A stretch of 56,138 bases of DNA, the filler included, from Sphacelaria rigidula (lineage: Eukaryota): NCBI GenBank assembly GCA_964200075.2. It is 6 parts of 6 records of this genome, joined end to end, with 100 filler letters (N's around TTAATTAATTAA, not from the genome) between each part and the next. Parts side by side here need not be neighbours in the genome. Positions count along the whole stretch, not along the records: positions 46,866 to 56,138 come from CAXNAA020008866.1; 5 more parts are not named here. One strand, written 5' to 3'. The position numbers were made by a program, and so were the translations under genes. Within the stretch, counting starts at the first letter, position 1. Every line of letters starts with the position of its first letter. This document shows, in pieces, positions 52,388 to 56,138 of the stretch. The notes under the pieces were generated by a model, which worked only from the letters and a program-made list of their open reading frames with translations, made no database searches and had not been told where the DNA came from.

Positions 52388-52487
52388 CCCTTAGACCGCG
52401 AGAATAGTCTTTCTGAATCATGCATACTTTTTTTCACTTGAAATTGATGCCGATTCAACAGAGGACTAATAACCTCGCGGTCAAGGG
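52388..52487. mobile_element. piggyBac-like MITE (100 bp)
   Basis: TTAA|CCCTTAGACCGCGA...TCGCGGTCAAGGG|TTAA. Confidence 0.88.
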
Positions 52488-53198
52488 TTAATATAAATAG
52501 ATGAGCTGAGGCATATTTGGGTGATTTTTCGTCATGCTTTGGATAGTTTTGCTGCCCATCCTCTTCTTCGTCAACCTGGGGACGACTCGGTGACCCCGAG
52601 AGATTAACCCATCTCTTCCCAGCTGAATCCCTGGCATTCTGGCGAGGCGACCTAAAGTTTTGGTCGTATATTTATGGTTGATTTTCCCGAACAAATGAAC
52701 AAAAACGCTAAGCTTGACTGTAACCCCGACCCAAGGCGTACGAGACCCCCTTGCCCGGGGGGTTTATCGGTTTCCCGGGGCAAAGTGTGCGTTGACAGAC
52801 CTGAAAACGACGGAAACACGTTGTGCACGAGCTGGGTCCATTGCTCACCTGTCCCGGACCATGAAATTGTTTAGAACGTTCTCAAGTCTAAAATCAAGTA
52901 GTCATGTTGTTAAACATAGATACACGAACAAAGCTTTAGGTCTCTATTTATTCGGGCATGTGCCGCGGATCGGATCAGCACTCCGGCATCGCATCAAAAG
53001 TATCATGAAACCAAAACATGACAGGGATGTGGTCTGTGCGCTGCCTGAATATGGGATGTTCACGTGGATATTGATATTAAAAAAAAGTATATTTATCGGT
53101 AAATACCGTTCCGAATCATCTCCGAATTATTCGGAGCAAGGCTTGATATCCTGCTGGACCGTATACCGCAAGACCGGTACACACATCGATATGCTTAG

Positions 53199-53671
53199 AC
53201 CACTTTGTATAGCAACCAATCCGTATTTGTGCAAATATGAGGATTTCAGACCGTTTAAATCCGATTTTCTCCCTTAAATTTGATTTTTTGGACCCCAGCC
53301 CGTCGGGTAATGTTTTTCGCCTAGCTCTGAGGAAACCAGATTTGGGCCCCAGATTCGGGGGAGATGCGGGAGTCTCCCGATCTGAGCAGAAAGCTGATGA
53401 ACCAAAGTAATGAGCGCCAGAATGTTGGAAGTGTCTCTATTAGGAGTAGGAACGGTACTCCGTCTCGAAAGGGATGCGTGGTCAATGGTCAAATGACAAG
53501 AGTCAGCGTCCAGAAAATCAGAGAACTGATCTGGTTTCCTCAGAGCTAGGCGAAAAACATTGCCCGACGGACTGGGGTCCGCGAAATCAATCCACGGGAG
53601 AAAATCGGATTTGAACGGGGCTGAAATCCTCATATTTGTAGAAATACGGATTGGTTGCCATACAAAGTGGT
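53199..53671. mobile_element. Foldback/MITE-like element with ~140-bp inverted arms
   Basis: 53199-53342 (ACCACTTTGTATAGCAACCAATCCGTATTT...CTAGCTCTGAGGAAACCAGAT) matches the reverse complement of 53529-53671; no clear TSD. Confidence 0.8.
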
Positions 53672-54056
53672 ATTGGGTATGCCAACCGAAAATTCCCCAC
53701 GTCGGACAGATCATGATACCGTCTGTAGATCACTTTTTCTCAGGATCCTGAATTTGGATCCGCGTTATTTGACCCCCCTTTTTCATACTTTCTTACAGCG
53801 CCGGACGCCGAGCACGCCGAGTACGCATAGGTTGCGCTAAAGCTCTTTTGACCTCGCAGTCACAGATTTTCTGTTTTTGGACCAGCGGGTTCGAGAGTCT
53901 TGTTTGATTTGTCGTTTCAGGCAGCGCATAATCTGTCAAACGTGCGTATATTCCCCCACTTTCGTGTACACCCTACAGAGCACAACCTTGAAACTTGTCT
54001 ACATGGTACGAAAATGCCATACCAGCGAAAGTGTATGCACTTAAGTTGGCTCGAGT

Positions 54057-54233
54057 GCGCTTCAGGTGTTTATTTCTCGACATGGAGGTGTTTGTAATAC
54101 ATGCGTTCGAAATACACCTCTTGATTCAACCGGGCGTTTTGCTGACTGAAAAAAAAGCGCTTCAGGCGTTTATTTCTCGACATGGCGAAATACACCTCTT
54201 GATTTTACCGGGCGTTGTGTTGACCGAAAAAAA
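54057..54233. repeat. Two-copy tandem duplication, period about 100 bp
   Basis: GCGCTTCAGG.GTTTATTTCTCGACATGG...CGAAATACACCTCTTGATT..ACCGGGCGTT twice; the second copy has an internal deletion. Confidence 0.85.
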
Positions 54234-55969
54234 TAACGTTTTCGAAACCAACTAGATCGTGAGCATTTTTTTTATAAATCGCCTCCGGATGTCAAAAGGC
54301 GTTCTGTTCGCTGAAGGAACATGGAATTTCGAAACCAAGTTCATCATGGGGTAATTCTGGACAAAATCTGGATGAGGGTCGCGGTTCAGTGGTCAGTCGT
54401 TGCGAAGCAGGAACGTCATCACGAGAATCACCCTTATCGACGGTGGCGGGTGAACACGGGATCCTGACCCTTATTTCCCAGGCGAATAAGATGCAGAATG
54501 TGTCAGATTTGGCACCCCTGGGCCCAGGGCCTCCAGAAGGGTGGGTTCATTTCAAACATTGGACAGCTTTTGAGTGACCTGAAGATCATTTCCTTTCTGT
54601 GTACGGATCCGAACCATTTGGTTTCTGTTCTCATCTGCGTTACCTAGAACGTTGGATGCCGAGCACGCGGAGTACGGCGAAAGTTGTGCTTTGGTTTCTC
54701 TGACCCCGCGATCACGTACTTTTTGTGTTTTCGGGCCAAGTGATTCTGAGAGTGCTTTCGACAGTGATTTTAGGTACGTTGTGATCTGTCTGTCCTATGT
54801 GTGAACTAGATGACTCGCCAGGGTGGCTCATCTGTTGGATCTGCATCATTTCTACTTGATGAGTGAAAGTGAGACTCGGATGATCATCCGTAGCAATCAG
54901 GGGATCTGAGCCTTGTTTGGAGAGTGCCTCGTTCCTGTTCCGAGGGGGGTATCGTTGAGAATCACGGGCAAAAGGAAATGCACGCTGTAACTGGGGTCGT
55001 TCGAACACCCTTGCAGCTTGTTCAGCTTTGTCGACTCGAGGAATAGTTCACGGTTAGGACAAATCATCACGACTCAAAATCACCAAATTCACGATTTCTT
55101 CGGCCTGATTCNNNNNNNNNGGTGCAAGGGGTATCCACGCAACTTTTGCGCCATTCCACGTGTACGGGCTGCGTATACCTGGGTTGCAACGCTGAAATAA
55201 AGCCTAGAGATTCGACTCATTATACTAGAACCAAGTAATTTTCAGACGAATCATTATCTGTCCGACCCTTGGAATTCATAGTTGTATTTCACTTTGACGC
55301 GTTAGTCCACATGTGTTTTTGATGTTGATACTGTAGAATCATCACAAGGATAACGCAGCAACACCTTCCTTGCCACTATGGCGGTCTCTGTTATAGACCT
55401 CCCCTGCACCCGAGGGTGTTTCGTGGCATGCATTTTGTTGGGGGGGTTGGGGTTGAAAAAAGATGTATCGGTCTGGTGCGATGGTCAACAGTGGCACACG
55501 GGACAAATTTTGTACCAGAGCATGAGACAAGTGAGTGCATTTCGAGTGAGACCCAAGTGTGCCTCCCATGTAGCTTGCCACCACGGTCTTGCAACCAATG
55601 GTTCAGGTGAATGTGATGCCAGTTCAACAGATGATACATCTGTGTGAACGGAGAAGTGAGCGTACGACGACTCAATGTGGGATTCGTGAATATTTATCGT
55701 CTGATATCCTCGCCTTGAGTATCTCATTTCAAATGGCGGTGCGACTACGGTATTGACCCCTGGATGACCCCGGTGTGCCTCTTGAATCGGCATCGTTTTT
55801 GCTTGAAAGTGTACCCGTCAGCCTCAGATGCCCCATCGCGGCACGCTCGAAATGATCAACCCTCTCGCCGTGAAGCTCATGAGACGTCCTCTCGCGTGTT
55901 GACTTCGAGAGGGTCGAGGTTCGCATTGACACACGGATGGAGTCAACCTTTGGACCGCTTCCCTTTGAG

Positions 55970-56100
55970 AGCCTGGTCCGGCGACAACTCGGCGTGCTCC
56001 ATCCCGGCTTTGTACGGATGCGAGGTCAATGGTCTTGTGACTATGGCATGCATGATCATGGGTACCGAGCCGCCCCGCCCCCCCCCCCCCCCCCCCCCGC
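55970..56100 (-). repeat. Reverse-oriented subterminal copy of the GAG-terminated TIR family
   Basis: Reverse complement of 56017-56066 is nearly identical to 46716-46765; runs into poly-C at the window end. Confidence 0.7.
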
Positions 56101-56138
56101 GCCCCCCCCTCCCCACCCTCCGCCTCCCCGCCGCCTGT

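Noticed and set aside
46688..56100. Apparent 9.4-kb element bounded by near-identical inverted repeats
   Set aside because: The two ends lie on different contigs separated by an artificial linker

Overview
Eukaryotic, intron-rich and transposon-rich DNA, most likely from a brown alga (Ectocarpus-like). This is inferred from GT-AG introns, bipartite plastid-type presequences and the repeat style. The window is not one locus. Five identical 100-bp linkers (N44-TTAATTAATTAA-N44) recur every 9373 bp and join six separate 9273-bp contigs (1-9273, 9374-18646, 18747-28019, 28120-37392, 37493-46765, 46866-56138), so nothing should be linked across them. Contig 1 holds six in-phase exons of a large Gly-rich protein gene (- strand). 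Contig 2 holds a probable LTR gag relic, tandem arrays and decayed coding relics. Contig 3 holds an HSF-type transcription factor and the 3' exons of another gene. Contig 4 holds two head-to-head genes with plastid-type presequences, one resembling a cyanobacterial membrane protein, plus a hAT-type MITE. Contig 5 holds a full-length but decayed Ty1/copia element with a 5-bp TSD, an atypical 3' end and primer site, and a duplicated PPT. Contig 6 is mostly MITEs and decayed ORFs. I found no convincing novel multi-gene system. The best leads are the copia element's termini and priming, several small non-autonomous transposon families, and the plastid-targeted gene pair.
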